This document shows, piece by piece, positions 1-11,312 of a stretch of DNA of 64,000 nt. Under the pieces are notes generated by a model. It did not search any database and had not been told where the DNA came from. It worked only from the letters and a program-made list of their open reading frames with translations. The stretch is taken from contig JAFRBB010000008.1 of assembly GCA_017405085.1 (NCBI GenBank), positions 1,984-65,983 of the forward strand. The letters run 5' to 3'. The translations under genes and the position numbers were made by a program. This stretch comes from Eubacteriaceae bacterium. Its GTDB lineage: Bacteria; Bacillota; Clostridia; Eubacteriales; Eubacteriaceae. Position 1 is the stretch's first letter; the number at the start of each line of letters is the position of its first letter.

Positions 1-302
1 ATCTGGCGATGCGTTCCGTCTTCTCCGCGAAAGCGGCTGACACCGAACTCAGAGTTGTTGACAGCATTGCTCTGGAAGCGCCCAAAACCAAAAGCGTTGT
101 CGAAATGCTTTCCGCCATTGACGCAAAAAAAGCTTTGATTGTCACACCGGAAAAGATCGATAATGTTTATCTTTCCGCTCGAAACATTCCCAAAGTTGCC
201 GCGACAACCGTCGGCGAACTCAATGTTTACGATATGCTCAAATATGACATCTTGGTTTTAACCAAGGATGCGCTTGATAAAATTGAGGAGGTATACGCAT
301 AA
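1..302 (+). CDS. rplD: 50S ribosomal protein L4, C-terminal part (5' end upstream of window)
   Basis: The frame is open from the window edge to TAA 300-302. The C-terminus ...[37 protein letters not shown] is L4-like. It is followed by L23-L2-S19 in canonical S10-operon order. Confidence 0.9.
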   Translation, partial: LAMRSVFSAKAADTELRVVDSIALEAPKTKSVVEMLSAIDAKKALIVTPEKIDNVYLSARNIPKVAATTVGELNVYDMLKYDILVLTKDALDKIEEVYA

Positions 303-592
303 TGAAAGATCCTCGAGATATTATCATCCAACCGATTATTTCCGAACGCAGCATGGATGCCAGCGAAGAACATAAATACACCTTCAAGGTCGCGAAAGAC
401 GCGAACAAAATCGAAATCAAAAATGCGATTGAAGAAATCTTCGACGTCACTGTCGAAAAAGTCAATACGATGAACATACGCGGAAAGGTCAAACGTCAGG
501 GACGTTTTGAAGGCAAGCGCGCCGACTGGAAAAAAGCCATCGTCAAATTGACACCGGACAGCAAGACCATCGAATTCTTCGAAGGCGTATAA
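302..592 (+). CDS. rplW: 50S ribosomal protein L23
   Basis: 96-aa ORF with L23-like sequence ([10 protein letters not shown]..., KKAIVKL). Its ATG overlaps the rplD stop (TAATG). Operon position fits. Confidence 0.95.
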   Translation: MKDPRDIIIQPIISERSMDASEEHKYTFKVAKDANKIEIKNAIEEIFDVTVEKVNTMNIRGKVKRQGRFEGKRADWKKAIVKLTPDSKTIEFFEGV

Positions 593-635
593 GCCACAGA
601 CCCGATAAGCAAAACGAAAAGGAGGTTTGCGACAT

Positions 636-1469
636 ATGGGTATTAAAAAATATAAACCGACTTCTCCCGGACGCCGTAACATGAGCGTCAACACCTATGA
701 AGAAGTAACCAAGCACGAACCGGAACGTTCATTGCTTGCCCCTTTAAAATCAAAAGCCGGCCGTAATGTCTATGGCCGCATCACCGTTCGTCACCAGGGC
801 GGCGGTGCCAAAAGAAAATATCGTATCATCGATTTTAAACGCAACAAAGACGGTGTTCCCGGCAAAGTCGCCGGCATCGAATACGATCCTAACCGCAGTG
901 CCAACATCGCACTCATTCATTACGCGGACGGCGAAAAACGCTATATCCTGGCACCTTTAAGACTGCAAGTCGGCATGAGCATCATGTCCGGTGAAGATGC
1001 CGATATCCGCGTCGGCAATTGTCTTCCGTTAAAAAACATTCCGGTTGGTACACTCGTTCACAATGTGGAACTCAAAGCCGGTAAAGGCGGACAAATGGTT
1101 CGCTCCGCGGGAGCGTCCGCACAGCTCATGGCTAAAGAAGGCAATTACGCCACCTTGCGTTTGCCCTCCGGGGAAATGCGTATGGTTCGTCTGGAATGCC
1201 GCGCCACCATCGGTACCGTCGGCAACTTAGACCATCAAAACGTACGCATCGGTAAAGCCGGTAGAAAACGTCACATGGGTATTCGTCCCACAGTCCGCGG
1301 TTCTGTCATGAACCCCAATGACCATCCCCACGGCGGTGGTGAAGGTCGCGCGCCTGTCGGTCGTCCCGGCCCGGTTACACCTTGGGGTAAACCGGCTCTT
1401 GGTTATAAGACACGTAAGAAAAACAAATCGTCGGACAAATTGATTGTCAGACGCAGAAATGCCAAGTAA
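636..1469 (+). CDS. rplB: 50S ribosomal protein L2
   Basis: [14 protein letters not shown]... with the GGGEGR/HPHGGG motifs. GGAGG at 621-625 sits 10 nt before ATG 636, so the TTG at 627 in the ORF track is probably not the start. Confidence 0.97.
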   Translation: MGIKKYKPTSPGRRNMSVNTYEEVTKHEPERSLLAPLKSKAGRNVYGRITVRHQGGGAKRKYRIIDFKRNKDGVPGKVAGIEYDPNRSANIALIHYADGEKRYILAPLRLQVGMSIMSGEDADIRVGNCLPLKNIPVGTLVHNVELKAGKGGQMVRSAGASAQLMAKEGNYATLRLPSGEMRMVRLECRATIGTVGNLDHQNVRIGKAGRKRHMGIRPTVRGSVMNPNDHPHGGGEGRAPVGRPGPVTPWGKPALGYKTRKKNKSSDKLIVRRRNAK

Positions 1470-1484
1470 TTAGGAGGTTTATGA

Positions 1485-1763
1485 ATGAGTCGTTCCTTAA
1501 AAAAAGGACCTTACGTCAGCGAAAAACTGCTTAAACGCGTTGAAGAAATGAATGAATCCGGAAAAAAACAAGTGCTGAAAACTTGGTCTCGTTCATCCAC
1601 TATCTTTCCCGCAATGGTCGGACATACCATTGCCGTACACGATGGCCGCAAACATGTTCCTGTCTATTTGACAGAAGACATGGTCGGTCATAAACTCGGA
1701 GAATTCGCACCGACCAGAACATTCCGCGGTCATGCCGGTGAAAAGAAAACCGGCGGCAAATAA
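1485..1763 (+). CDS. rpsS: 30S ribosomal protein S19
   Basis: [11 protein letters not shown]... is a typical S19 N-terminus. An AGGAGG RBS lies upstream. Confidence 0.97.
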   Translation: MSRSLKKGPYVSEKLLKRVEEMNESGKKQVLKTWSRSSTIFPAMVGHTIAVHDGRKHVPVYLTEDMVGHKLGEFAPTRTFRGHAGEKKTGGK

Positions 1764-1783
1764 GAGCCGAAAGGAGAATAAAC

Positions 1784-2119
1784 ATGGAAGCAAGAGCAAC
1801 AGCTAAATATGTCCGCGTTTCATCTCGTAAGGCCAAACTTGTCGCAGACGAAATTCGCGGAAAAAAAGTTGGAGAAGCCCTCGCGATTCTTCAACTGACG
1901 CCCAACAAAGCGGCGCGGGTGATTGAAAAAGTCGTTTTATCGGCTTACGCCAATGCGGAAAACAATCACAATTTAGATACGGATACCCTGTATATCGATC
2001 AAATATACGCGAATCAGGGACCGACATTAAAACGCTATAAAGCCGGTCCTCAGGGTCGTGCATTTCCCATCAGAAAAAGAACGTCCCATATCACAGCCGT
2101 ATTGAAAGAACAAGAATAG
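1784..2119 (+). CDS. rplV: 50S ribosomal protein L22
   Basis: [27 protein letters not shown]... is L22-like. Operon order fits. Confidence 0.95.
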   Translation: MEARATAKYVRVSSRKAKLVADEIRGKKVGEALAILQLTPNKAARVIEKVVLSAYANAENNHNLDTDTLYIDQIYANQGPTLKRYKAGPQGRAFPIRKRTSHITAVLKEQE

Positions 2120-2132
2120 GGGGTATAAAGAT

Positions 2133-2852
2133 TTGGGTCAGAAAGTAAACGCACACGGACTTCGCGTTGGTGTCATCAAAGACTGGAACGCGAAATGGTA
2201 TGCAAATGATAAAAACTTTGCGGATTGCCTCATCGAAGACAACAAAATCCGTACATACATTAAAACCAGCCAATTCCAGGCCGGCATTTCCAAAATTGTC
2301 ATCGAACGTTTCGGAAACAAAGTGAAGATCCACATTCACACCGCGAAACCCGGTATGATCATCGGCAAAGGCGGTTCCGGTATTGAAGCGCTCCGCCTGG
2401 AACTCGCGAAAATGACCGGCAAAGAAGTGTTCATCAACATTGTCGAAGTTAAAAACATCGACTTGGATGCGCAACTCATCGCCGAAAACATCGCGGGACA
2501 ACTCGAACGCCGTATCTCATTCAGACGCGCCATGAAACAATCCATGCAGCGCGCGATGAAAGCCGGCGCAAAAGGAATTAAAACCGCTGTTGCCGGACGT
2601 TTGAACGGTGCTGAAATGGCTCGCCGCGAACATTATGCCCAAGGCAATGTTCCGATGCAGACTTTAAGAGCGGATATTTCTTACGGCTTTGCCGAAGCGG
2701 ACACCACCTATGGAAAGCTCGGCATCAAAGTTTGGGTCAACAAAGGTGAAATCCTGACCGGTCGTGAAGATATTCTGTCGGAATCCGAAAAAAACGCGCC
2801 CAAAAATGACAGACCTGCTCGCCGTAGAGCACCGCGTACGGATGCCAACTAA
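2133..2852 (+). CDS. rpsC: 30S ribosomal protein S3
   Basis: TTG start. [12 protein letters not shown]... plus KH-domain GKGGSGIE are S3-like. Confidence 0.95.
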   Translation: MGQKVNAHGLRVGVIKDWNAKWYANDKNFADCLIEDNKIRTYIKTSQFQAGISKIVIERFGNKVKIHIHTAKPGMIIGKGGSGIEALRLELAKMTGKEVFINIVEVKNIDLDAQLIAENIAGQLERRISFRRAMKQSMQRAMKAGAKGIKTAVAGRLNGAEMARREHYAQGNVPMQTLRADISYGFAEADTTYGKLGIKVWVNKGEILTGREDILSESEKNAPKNDRPARRRAPRTDAN

Positions 2853-2868
2853 AGGAGGGTTTTAAATT

Positions 2869-3297
2869 ATGTTAATGCCGAAGCGTGTAAAACGCAGAAG
2901 AGTACATAGAGGCCGCATGAAAGGCAAAGCTTCACGCGGCAATCAGGTGACCTACGGTGAATTTGGCATTCAGGCCATGGAACCCGCTTGGATCACCTCC
3001 AATCAAATCGAAGCTGCCCGTGTTGCCATGACACGTTATGTGCGGCGTGGTGGTAAAGTTTGGATCAAAATTTTCCCCGACAAACCCATTACCGCAAAAC
3101 CCGCCGAAACGCGTATGGGTTCCGGTAAAGGGGCTCCCGAATATTGGGTAGCCGTTGTTAAACCCGGCCGCGTGATGTTTGAAATCGCCGGTATTCCGGA
3201 AGAAACAGCCAGAGAAGCTCTTCGTCTCGCACAGCACAAATTGCCGATTAAAACCAAAATCGTCAAAAAAGCCGAGCAGGAAGTTGCAGGTGAATAA
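2869..3297 (+). CDS. rplP: 50S ribosomal protein L16
   Basis: [19 protein letters not shown]... is L16-like. A GGAGGG RBS is present. Confidence 0.97.
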   Translation: MLMPKRVKRRRVHRGRMKGKASRGNQVTYGEFGIQAMEPAWITSNQIEAARVAMTRYVRRGGKVWIKIFPDKPITAKPAETRMGSGKGAPEYWVAVVKPGRVMFEIAGIPEETAREALRLAQHKLPIKTKIVKKAEQEVAGE

Positions 3298-3299
3298 GA

Positions 3300-3503
3300 A
3301 TGAACAAACAAATGAAAGAATTGCGCGATTTGAGCGTGGCCGAACTCGAAAAGAAATCAGCGGACCTGAAAGAAGAATTATTTAATCTTCGCTTTCAACA
3401 CGCAACAGGTCAGCTTGAAAATCCCATTCGAATTCGCGAAGTCAAAAGAACGTATGCCCGTGTCAGAACGATCTTAACCGAACGAGCCGCACAAGAGGCA
3501 TAG
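3300..3503 (+). CDS. rpmC: 50S ribosomal protein L29
   Basis: A 67-aa ORF ([26 protein letters not shown]) that is L29-like. Confidence 0.93.
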   Translation: MNKQMKELRDLSVAELEKKSADLKEELFNLRFQHATGQLENPIRIREVKRTYARVRTILTERAAQEA

Positions 3504-3518
3504 GAAGGAAGCTAACCA

Positions 3519-3773
3519 ATGGAACGTAACGAAAGAAAAACGCGTATCGGTAGAGTGGTCAGCGATAAAATGGATAAAACCATCGTCGTGGCGGTGGAAA
3601 CCTTTGTGAAACATCCCCTCTACAAAAAACGTGTTAAAAATACAGTTAAATTTAAAGCACATGACGAAAACAACGAATGCGGAATCGGTGATGTCGTAAA
3701 GATCATGGAAACAAGACCTTTGAGCAAAGATAAACACTGGCGTCTTGTCGAAATCGTCGAAAAAGCATTATAA
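3519..3773 (+). CDS. rpsQ: 30S ribosomal protein S17
   Basis: [19 protein letters not shown]...KHPLYKK is S17-like. Confidence 0.95.
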   Translation: MERNERKTRIGRVVSDKMDKTIVVAVETFVKHPLYKKRVKNTVKFKAHDENNECGIGDVVKIMETRPLSKDKHWRLVEIVEKAL

Positions 3774-3794
3774 GATGTATAGGAGGTATACCAA

Positions 3795-4163
3795 GTGATT
3801 CAACAAGAGACTCGTTTAAAAGTCGCTGATAACACCGGTGCCAAAGAGCTCTTATGCATCCGAGTGTTGGGCGGATCCGGCAGACGCTATGCCAATATCG
3901 GCGATGTCATTGTCTGCTCGGTCAAAAGCGCTGCTCCCGGCGGTGAAGTCAAGAAAGGCGATGTCGTCAAAGCCGTCGTCGTCAGATCAAAACGCGGCAT
4001 GCGCCGAAATGACGGAAGTTACATCAAATTCGATCAAAACGCGGCAGTTCTCATCAAAGAAGACAAAAACCCCGTCGGAACTCGTATTTTCGGACCTGTC
4101 GCGAGAGAACTGAGAGACAAGCACTACATGAAAATCGTTTCGCTTGCTCCCGAAGTCCTTTAA
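3795..4163 (+). CDS. rplN: 50S ribosomal protein L14
   Basis: GTG start 8 nt after [23 protein letters not shown]... is L14-like. Confidence 0.97.
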   Translation: MIQQETRLKVADNTGAKELLCIRVLGGSGRRYANIGDVIVCSVKSAAPGGEVKKGDVVKAVVVRSKRGMRRNDGSYIKFDQNAAVLIKEDKNPVGTRIFGPVARELRDKHYMKIVSLAPEVL

Positions 4164-4178
4164 TTGGAGGTGAACAAT

Positions 4179-4502
4179 ATGGCGAAAAAATTACACGTCA
4201 AAACAGGCGACACCGTTCAGGTCATCTCCGGTAAGGATATCGGTAAAACCGGAAAGGTGCTTGCTGTCAATAAAGAAAAGCATCGCGTTCGCGTTGAAGG
4301 CGTCAATGTTTTAACCAAACATAAAAAACCCAGTCAGGCTATGCAGCAGGGCGGTATCATCAAAGAAGAAGGCTTCATTGATGTGTCCAACGTGCTCCTG
4401 ATGTGCTCCGATTGCGGCAAAGGCGTTCGCACCGGCATCAAAATCAAAGATGACGGCACCAAAACACGCGTTTGCAAAAAATGCGGTAAAGAACTGGATT
4501 AA
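4179..4502 (+). CDS. rplX: 50S ribosomal protein L24 (variant with CxxC...CxxC in C-terminal half)
   Basis: MAKKLHVKTGDTVQVISGKDIGKTGKV is a KOW motif. ATG 4179 follows GGAGG at 4166-4170. The ORF-track start at 4164 is the RBS region. Confidence 0.93.
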   Translation: MAKKLHVKTGDTVQVISGKDIGKTGKVLAVNKEKHRVRVEGVNVLTKHKKPSQAMQQGGIIKEEGFIDVSNVLLMCSDCGKGVRTGIKIKDDGTKTRVCKKCGKELD

Positions 4503-4516
4503 CGGAGGAATCGTAA

Positions 4517-5056
4517 ATGACAAGAATGCAGGAAAAATACCAGAACGAAGCCGTGCCGGCTTTAATGGAAAAATTCCAATACAAAAATGTTATGGAAGTT
4601 CCTCAATTAGTCAAAGTTGTGATTAATATGGGACTCGGCGACTGCAAAGACAATTCCAAGCTTTTGGACGCCGCGGTCGGTGATCTGGCCATCATCTCCG
4701 GTCAGAAGCCCGTCGTCATCAAAGCCAGAAAATCGGTTGCCAACTTTAAAGTCCGCGAAGGCCAAAATGTCGGCGCCAAAGTGACTTTGAGAAAAGACAG
4801 AATGTATGAATTCTGCGATAAACTTTTCAATATCGCTTTGCCTCGAGTTCGAGATTTTCACGGTCTCTCCACCAAATCCTTTGACGGCCGCGGAAATTAT
4901 GCCTTCGGGATTAAAGAACAGCTCATCTTCCCGGAAATCGATTTTGACAAAGTCGAAGCGATCCGCGGAATGGATGTCATGTTTGTTACAACGGCAAAAA
5001 CCGATGAAGAAGCTCGCGAACTGCTCTCGCTTCTTGGATTGCCCTTTGAAAGATAG
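4517..5056 (+). CDS. rplE: 50S ribosomal protein L5
   Basis: [39 protein letters not shown] is L5-like. Confidence 0.97.
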   Translation: MTRMQEKYQNEAVPALMEKFQYKNVMEVPQLVKVVINMGLGDCKDNSKLLDAAVGDLAIISGQKPVVIKARKSVANFKVREGQNVGAKVTLRKDRMYEFCDKLFNIALPRVRDFHGLSTKSFDGRGNYAFGIKEQLIFPEIDFDKVEAIRGMDVMFVTTAKTDEEARELLSLLGLPFER

Positions 5057-5067
5057 GAGATAATTAA

Positions 5068-5253
5068 ATGGCAAAAAAAGCAATGAAGGAAAAACAGCAA
5101 AGAAAGCAGAAATATTCAACCAGAGAATATAACCGCTGCCGGATTTGCGGAAGACCTCACGCTTATTTAAGAAAATACGGAATTTGCAGAATCTGTTTCA
5201 GAGAATTGGCCTATAAGGGTGAAATCCCCGGTGTGCGCAAAGCCAGCTGGTAA
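5068..5253 (+). CDS. rpsN: 30S ribosomal protein S14 type Z (zinc-binding short form)
   Basis: A 61-aa ORF with [25 protein letters not shown] (CxxC...CxxC), in the spc-operon position between L5 and S8. Confidence 0.95.
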   Translation: MAKKAMKEKQQRKQKYSTREYNRCRICGRPHAYLRKYGICRICFRELAYKGEIPGVRKASW

Positions 5254-5294
5254 AAAGAAGCAGACTTTTTAGAAACAAAAAGGAGGACACAAGC

Positions 5295-5693
5295 ATGTCA
5301 ATGACTGATCCTATTGCAGATATGCTGACCAGAATCAGAAATGCCAACAATGCCGGTCATAAAAATGTTGAGATTCCTGCTTCTAAAGAGAAAAAGGCTA
5401 TTGCCGCCATTCTCCTTGAAGAAGGTTATATTAAAAAATACGATGTGATCGATGATGGCAAACAAGGTGTGATTAAAATCACGCTGAAATACGGCGAAGA
5501 AAAAGCTCGCGTCATTGCCGGTTTAAAACGAATTTCCAAACCCGGACTTCGCGTTTATGTCGGCAAAGAAGATGTTCCCAAGGTTTTAAACGGCCTGGGT
5601 ATTGCCATCATTTCAACGTCCAAAGGTGTTCTCACCGATAAAGCCGCCAGAAAAGCCGGCGTCGGTGGGGAAGTCATCTGCTACGTTTGGTAA
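5295..5693 (+). CDS. rpsH: 30S ribosomal protein S8
   Basis: [16 protein letters not shown]... is an S8 signature. Confidence 0.97.
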   Translation: MSMTDPIADMLTRIRNANNAGHKNVEIPASKEKKAIAAILLEEGYIKKYDVIDDGKQGVIKITLKYGEEKARVIAGLKRISKPGLRVYVGKEDVPKVLNGLGIAIISTSKGVLTDKAARKAGVGGEVICYVW

Positions 5694-5709
5694 AAAAGGA
5701 GGAACGCAA

Positions 5710-6243
5710 ATGTCAAGAGTAGGTAATGCTCCGGTAGCGATTCCCGCCGGCGTAGATATCAAATTAGACGGACATACAATGACAGTCAAAGGTCCCAAGG
5801 GCGAACTGACCAAAACCCTGCATCCGGACATGATTATCGAAGTCGAAGACAATCAAATTGTTGTCAAAAGACCGTCCGAAAACAAAAATCACAAGTCACT
5901 TCACGGTTTGACGAGAGCCCTCATCAATAACATGGTTATCGGTGTGACCAAAGGTTTTGAAAAAACTTTGGAAATCAGCGGAATCGGTTATCGCGCTCTC
6001 AAAAAAGGCAATGTGCTGACATTGAACCTCGGCTATTCCCATCCGATTGAAATGGTTGATCCCGAAGGTATCGAAACCGTCGCGGAAACCCAGACCAAAG
6101 TCATCGTTAAGGGAATCAGCAAGGAAGCCGTCGGCGCTCATGCTGCCAATATCCGTGCGAAGAGACCCCCCGAACCTTACAAAGGTCATGGTATCAAATA
6201 CGCGGATGAACACATCCGTCGTAAGGTCGGTAAAACCGGCTAA
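5710..6243 (+). CDS. rplF: 50S ribosomal protein L6
   Basis: [21 protein letters not shown]... with ATG 5710 after AAGGAGG. The ORF-track extension to 5602 overlaps rpsH and is spurious. Confidence 0.95.
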   Translation: MSRVGNAPVAIPAGVDIKLDGHTMTVKGPKGELTKTLHPDMIIEVEDNQIVVKRPSENKNHKSLHGLTRALINNMVIGVTKGFEKTLEISGIGYRALKKGNVLTLNLGYSHPIEMVDPEGIETVAETQTKVIVKGISKEAVGAHAANIRAKRPPEPYKGHGIKYADEHIRRKVGKTG

Positions 6244-6281
6244 TTGAAGGCCATGTTCGACAGGTAAGAAAGGAAACAAAA

Positions 6282-6650
6282 ATGATCAAAAAACCAGATA
6301 AAAATAAAGTGCGTCTTAACAGACACGCGCGCGTACGCAAAAAAATCAGCGGGACCGCTGAACGTCCCAGACTTTGCGTATTCCGCAGCAACAAAAACAT
6401 TTACGCACAAGTCATTGACGATACTGAAGGCAAAACCCTTGTCGCCGCGTCAACGCTCGATGCGGATCTCAAAGGAAACTTTGCCCATGGCGGAGACAAA
6501 CAAGCTGCCAAAGCGGTTGGCGAATCGGTTGCGAAAAAAGCGCTTGCCGCCGGTATCGACAATGTTGTTTTTGACAGAGGCGGTTATATTTATACCGGTC
6601 GTGTTCAAGAACTGGCGGATGCGGCTCGAGAAGCCGGCCTTAAATTCTAA
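6282..6650 (+). CDS. rplR: 50S ribosomal protein L18
   Basis: [37 protein letters not shown] is L18-like. Confidence 0.95.
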   Translation: MIKKPDKNKVRLNRHARVRKKISGTAERPRLCVFRSNKNIYAQVIDDTEGKTLVAASTLDADLKGNFAHGGDKQAAKAVGESVAKKALAAGIDNVVFDRGGYIYTGRVQELADAAREAGLKF

Positions 6651-6668
6651 CAGAAAGAGGTCAACATC

Positions 6669-7175
6669 ATGAGAAGAAATATCATTGATTCCAGTGATCT
6701 GGAACTCCAAGACCGCGTCGTCAGTATTAATCGCGTGACCAAAGTTGTTAAGGGCGGTCGCAATTTCAGATTCAGTTGTTTGGTGATTGTCGGCGACGGC
6801 AACGGACTGGTCGGAATGGGTCGCGGTAAAGCGATGGAAATTCCCGACGCGATCCGAAAAGGCATTGAAGCGGCGAAAAAGAATTTGATTCGCGTGCCCC
6901 TCGTTGGTACAACCATTCCTCACCAGGTTGAAGGTGTGGACGGTGCCGGTCGCGTGCTGTTAAAACCCGCCGGAAAAGGGACCGGTGTTATCGCCGGCGG
7001 TCCTGTTCGTGCCGTTTGCGAGCTTGCGGGTATCAAAGATATCAGAACCAAATCTTTGGGTTCTAATAATGCGCAAAACATGGTTAACGCCACTCTTGAA
7101 GGTTTGGGACGATTGACAACCCTCGAAGAAGTTGCTGCCAAACGCGGTAAAAAACCGGAAGAAATTCTCGGTTAG
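6669..7175 (+). CDS. rpsE: 30S ribosomal protein S5
   Basis: [30 protein letters not shown] is S5-like. Confidence 0.97.
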   Translation: MRRNIIDSSDLELQDRVVSINRVTKVVKGGRNFRFSCLVIVGDGNGLVGMGRGKAMEIPDAIRKGIEAAKKNLIRVPLVGTTIPHQVEGVDGAGRVLLKPAGKGTGVIAGGPVRAVCELAGIKDIRTKSLGSNNAQNMVNATLEGLGRLTTLEEVAAKRGKKPEEILG

Positions 7176-7184
7176 GAGGCAAAA

Positions 7185-7364
7185 ATGGCTAAACTTGCAA
7201 TCACATTAAAGAAAAGTACCATTCGTCGCAAGCCCAAACAACGCGCGACGATTGAAGCGCTCGGTCTTAAAAAGATCGGCCAGACCGTTATTCACGAAGA
7301 CACTCCTCAAATTCGCGGAATGATTCACAAAACGGATTTCATGCTTGATGTTAAAGAAGTTTAG
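7185..7364 (+). CDS. rpmD: 50S ribosomal protein L30
   Basis: Hand-translated 59-aa ORF below the track cutoff: [59 protein letters not shown]. It follows a TAGGAGG RBS and sits in the expected slot between S5 and L15. Confidence 0.88.
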   Translation: MAKLAITLKKSTIRRKPKQRATIEALGLKKIGQTVIHEDTPQIRGMIHKTDFMLDVKEV

Positions 7365-7375
7365 GAGGATCTTTA

Positions 7376-7819
7376 ATGAAGTTACATACACTCAGTCCTG
7401 CTAAGGGATCAAGAAAAAACCCCAAAAGAAAAGGCCGCGGGACAGCGACCGGTCAGGGAAAAACTGCCGGACGCGGTCAGGACGGTCAGAAGTCACGTTC
7501 GGGCGGCGGTGTCAGACTCGGATTTGAAGGCGGTCAGATGCCCCTCTCAAGAAGAATCCCGAAACGTGGTTTTTCAAACTATCCTTTCAAAAAAGAATAT
7601 GCCATCGTCAACGTTGGTGAACTTAACGCATTTGATGACAACACCGAAGTGACAATTGATTTGTTGTTGGAATACGGCTTTATCCGCAAGAAATTAGACG
7701 GTGTTAAAATTCTCGGCGAAGGTGATTTAGAAAAAACGCTGACCGTAAAAGTGAATAAAATCAGCAAAAGCGCTCAAGAAAAAATCGTCGCACGAGGAGG
7801 GAAGGTAGAGGTGATTTAA
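7376..7819 (+). CDS. rplO: 50S ribosomal protein L15
   Basis: [34 protein letters not shown] is L15-like. Confidence 0.95.
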   Translation: MKLHTLSPAKGSRKNPKRKGRGTATGQGKTAGRGQDGQKSRSGGGVRLGFEGGQMPLSRRIPKRGFSNYPFKKEYAIVNVGELNAFDDNTEVTIDLLLEYGFIRKKLDGVKILGEGDLEKTLTVKVNKISKSAQEKIVARGGKVEVI

Positions 7820-9078
7820 TGATCTCTACATTACGGGAAGCATGGAGAGTGCCGGACATCCGTAAAAAAATCTTTTTTACGCTGGTTATGCTCTTCATCT
7901 ATCGATTGGGATCTTTCATCCCTGTCCCCTATATTGACTCGCAACAACTGGCGACATTAGTCAACAGCGGAGGCATTTTCGGATTATTCGATATTATTTC
8001 CGGTGGTAACTTTGGGAATTTTACCATTTTTGCCATGGGGATCACCCCTTACATCAATGCTTCCATCATCATGAACCTGTTGGTATTTGCGATTCCGGCT
8101 TTGGAAAACCTTCAAAAGGAAGGGGAAGAAGGCCGGAAAAAAATCGCGCAATACACACGCTATCTGACAATCGCACTGGCCATTATTCAGGCTCTTGGCA
8201 TGAGTCTTTCATATCAGGATTTGCTGATAGATAAAACACCTTTTACTGTGTTTGTGGTCGTGCTTGTGGTCACTGCGGGAACGACATTTTTGATGTATCT
8301 GGGCGAACAGATCACCGAATACGGTATCGGCAACGGTATATCGCTGATCATTTTCATCAGTATCGTTTCCAGAATTCCTTCGGGGATTGCCAACATCTAC
8401 AACTATGTTCAGGTCGGAACCCTTAACATCGTGTCGCTGTTGCTGCTGATTATCTTTATCATTGTGGCGACAATCGCGGTAGTCTATGTGACCGAAGGTC
8501 AGCGTAAAATTCCGATTCAATACGCCAAACGCGTTGTTGGTCGCAAAATGTACGGCGGACAGAGCACACACATTCCGCTGCGCGTGAACATGGCCGGTGT
8601 TATTCCGATCATCTTCGCGAGTTCGCTGACGCTTCTCCCGGCGACTTTGGCCAATTTCTTCCCGAATTCGTCCTTCAGTCAATGGGTATCCACCTATCTG
8701 GGTTGGGGTCAGCCCATCACCACCATCATTTATATTGTTTTGACGGTTGCGTTTACTTATTTCTACACAGCCGTTACATTCAATCCCTACGATATCGCTG
8801 ATAATATCAAAAAACAGGGTGGTTATGTCCCCGGCATTCGTCCGGGCAAACCGACTGTCGAATACTTTACCAAAATCATGAATCGCTTAACCTTGTTCGG
8901 CGGTTTCTTTCTGGCTGTTATCGCGGTTATTCCGATTATTGTCGGCGCCTTTATGGGCGGTGTCAATATTCAATTCGGCGGAACCAGTTTACTCATTGTC
9001 GTCGGTGTCGCGCTCGAAACAGTTAAACAGCTTGAATCCGAATTGACAATGCGCAACTATCAAGGATTCTTAAAATAG
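7819..9078 (+). CDS. secY: preprotein translocase subunit SecY
   Basis: A 419-aa multi-TM protein with SecY-like motifs. Its ATG overlaps the rplO stop. Confidence 0.97.
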   Translation: MISTLREAWRVPDIRKKIFFTLVMLFIYRLGSFIPVPYIDSQQLATLVNSGGIFGLFDIISGGNFGNFTIFAMGITPYINASIIMNLLVFAIPALENLQKEGEEGRKKIAQYTRYLTIALAIIQALGMSLSYQDLLIDKTPFTVFVVVLVVTAGTTFLMYLGEQITEYGIGNGISLIIFISIVSRIPSGIANIYNYVQVGTLNIVSLLLLIIFIIVATIAVVYVTEGQRKIPIQYAKRVVGRKMYGGQSTHIPLRVNMAGVIPIIFASSLTLLPATLANFFPNSSFSQWVSTYLGWGQPITTIIYIVLTVAFTYFYTAVTFNPYDIADNIKKQGGYVPGIRPGKPTVEYFTKIMNRLTLFGGFFLAVIAVIPIIVGAFMGGVNIQFGGTSLLIVVGVALETVKQLESELTMRNYQGFLK

Positions 9079-9087
9079 GAGAAAATC

Positions 9088-9741
9088 ATGCGGGTAATAT
9101 TATTAGGACCTCCTGGTGCGGGCAAAGGAACGGTTGCAAAACCGATCATCGATCGTTATCACGTGCCCCATATCTCAACCGGGGATTTATTCAGAGAAAA
9201 CTTAAAAAACAATACACCTTTGGGTCAAAAAGCGAAGGCGTATATGGATGCCGGCGAACTGGTTCCCGATGAACTGGTTGTCGACCTTGTGGAAGACCGC
9301 ATCACAAGAGATGATTGTAAAGACGGTTATCTTCTTGACGGTTTTCCCAGAACGGTAGCCCAAGCCGAAGCTTTGACCAAACTCACCGAAAAACTCGGTC
9401 AGCCTCTCGACTACGCCGTCAATATTGTCGTTCCCGATGAAATTTTGACGGATCGTGTTCTGGGCAGACGTGTCTGCACCGATTGCGGAGCCTCTTATCA
9501 CGTTAAGAATTTCCCGCCCGCAGTCGATGGCATTTGTGATCGTTGCGGCGGTGCCCTGATTCAACGGGCGGACGATAATGAAGAGACCGCGAAAAAACGT
9601 TTGAAAGTTTATTACGCGGAAACAGCTCCACTTGTAGATTACTGCACCAAAGCCGGCATTATTGTCAATATTGATGGTAATCAGACGCCTGATAAAGTGA
9701 AAGAAGCTGTATTTAAAGTTCTCGACGGCGGAGCAAAATAA
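9088..9741 (+). CDS. adk: adenylate kinase (zinc-lid type)
   Basis: MRVILLGPPGAGKGT P-loop. The lid has CTDCG...CDRCGG. Confidence 0.97.
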   Translation: MRVILLGPPGAGKGTVAKPIIDRYHVPHISTGDLFRENLKNNTPLGQKAKAYMDAGELVPDELVVDLVEDRITRDDCKDGYLLDGFPRTVAQAEALTKLTEKLGQPLDYAVNIVVPDEILTDRVLGRRVCTDCGASYHVKNFPPAVDGICDRCGGALIQRADDNEETAKKRLKVYYAETAPLVDYCTKAGIIVNIDGNQTPDKVKEAVFKVLDGGAK

Positions 9742-9745
9742 TAAT

Positions 9746-10495
9746 ATGATCAGCATCAAAAACGCAAAGCAGATTGAAAAAATGCGCGCCGCCGGTCATT
9801 TGGTAGCGGCGTGCCACGATTTGCTTTCCAAGGAAGTCAGACCCGGAATTACCACTTTGGAACTTGATGCGATTGCCGAAAAATTTTTTCGGGATCACGG
9901 CGCATATCCGACATTTTTGGGCTATCAGGGTTTTCCCAACAGCATTTGCGCGTCCATTAACGAAGAAGTTGTACACGGCATACCGTCAAACAGAAAACTG
10001 GAGGAAGGCGACATTATCAGCATTGATTTAGGCGCCACCTTAGACGGATATGTCGGCGATGCCGCAAGAACGCATGCAGTGGGAAATATTTCCGATGAAG
10101 CCAGACGCTTGATTGACGTGACGAAAGAGTCCTTTTTCAGAGGCATTGCCTATGCTAAAGAAGGATATCGCTTATCGGACATCGGACATGCCGTTCAGGC
10201 ATATGTTGAAAGCGAAGGATTCTCCGTTGTCAGAGATTATGTCGGTCACGGCATCGGACGTGAAATGCACGAAGATCCTCCGGTTCCCAATTTCGGAAAA
10301 CCGGGTCACGGTCCCAGACTTGTCAAAGGTATGTGCCTCGCCATTGAGCCGATGGTCAATATCGGCCATTACGATGTGGACGTCCTCGATAATGATTGGA
10401 CGGTTGTCACCCGAGACGGCAAATGGGCGGCACATTACGAAAACACCATTGTGATTACCGGCAAAAGCGATCCCGAAATTCTTACTTTATTGTAA
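9746..10495 (+). CDS. map: type I methionine aminopeptidase
   Basis: IKNAKQIEKMRAAGHL..., VHGIP, DLGATLDGY, HGIG and the C-terminal HYENT motif are present. Confidence 0.97.
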   Translation: MISIKNAKQIEKMRAAGHLVAACHDLLSKEVRPGITTLELDAIAEKFFRDHGAYPTFLGYQGFPNSICASINEEVVHGIPSNRKLEEGDIISIDLGATLDGYVGDAARTHAVGNISDEARRLIDVTKESFFRGIAYAKEGYRLSDIGHAVQAYVESEGFSVVRDYVGHGIGREMHEDPPVPNFGKPGHGPRLVKGMCLAIEPMVNIGHYDVDVLDNDWTVVTRDGKWAAHYENTIVITGKSDPEILTLL

Positions 10496-10505
10496 TAGGT
10501 GAAAC

Positions 10506-10784
10506 ATGAGCGAATGTGAAATCGGTCAAATTGTCAGGTCTAAAGCAGGACGTGATAAAGACAGATGGATGCTTATCGTCGGTATTGACGGCGATTATGT
10601 GTTTCTGGCCGACGGTGATCTCAGAAAGATCAGTCGTCCGAAACGAAAAAAAATCAAACATATCACAAAGACTCAATCGGTTATCACTTCTATCCAGAAA
10701 GATTTATTATCCAATAAAAAAATTCAAAATGCCGAGATTCGAAAACGATTGGAACCTTGGCAGAACAAAACGCGCCGAGATTAA
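10506..10784 (+). CDS. KOW-domain-like small protein found between map and infA in Clostridia
   Basis: A 92-aa ORF. GQIVRSKAGRDKDRWMLIV resembles a KOW motif. The conserved position is the main support. An overlapping ORF at 10516-10797 was rejected. Confidence 0.6.
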   Translation: MSECEIGQIVRSKAGRDKDRWMLIVGIDGDYVFLADGDLRKISRPKRKKIKHITKTQSVITSIQKDLLSNKKIQNAEIRKRLEPWQNKTRRD

Positions 10785-10802
10785 CGAAGGAGGTTAAATC
10801 AG

Positions 10803-11030
10803 TTGGCCAAAAAAGACGTTATTGAAGTCAAAGGAAAAGTCATTGAAGCTTTGCCGAACACCATATTTTTGGTGGAACTGGAAAACGGACACCAGGTTCA
10901 AGCCCATATTTCAGGAAAGCTGAGAATGAATTATATCCGTATTTTGCCCGGTGATGAAGTCAGCTTAGAGTTGTCGCCGTATGATTTAAACCGAGGTCGC
11001 ATCACGTGGCGCGGTAAAGGAAGATCCTAA
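10803..11030 (+). CDS. infA: translation initiation factor IF-1
   Basis: TTG start after [55 protein letters not shown] is IF-1-like. Confidence 0.95.
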   Translation: MAKKDVIEVKGKVIEALPNTIFLVELENGHQVQAHISGKLRMNYIRILPGDEVSLELSPYDLNRGRITWRGKGRS

Positions 11031-11042
11031 AAGGAGAATACC

Positions 11043-11156
11043 ATGAAAGTCAGACCTTCAGTAAAACCGATGTGCGAAAAATGCAAGATCATCAAACGTC
11101 ACGGACGTGTCATGGTCATTTGCGAAAATCCGAAGCACAAACAAAAACAGGGTTAA
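11043..11156 (+). CDS. rpmJ: 50S ribosomal protein L36
   Basis: Hand-translated 37-aa ORF: [37 protein letters not shown] (zinc form). A GGAGAA RBS is present. Confidence 0.9.
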   Translation: MKVRPSVKPMCEKCKIIKRHGRVMVICENPKHKQKQG

Positions 11157-11312
11157 GGCCCAATGAACATGATCACAGGTGTGGCCGCGGCATTTTTTAC
11201 CACACTTATGATATAGAGGTTCGGGCGCGTGTCGTCCGACGGACATGGGCTGTCATCACTTCAAGCAGCTCAGATCATATTTATACATGATTTTTTAGGA
11301 GGTACATAACGT

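Noticed and set aside
11157-11312. A 72-aa ORF (11072-11290) and a minus-strand ORF (11058-11246) spanning the rpmJ-rpsM spacer
   Set aside because: They overlap the clearly real rpmJ gene in another frame. The spacer is more plausibly the untranslated leader of rpsM-rpsK-rpsD.
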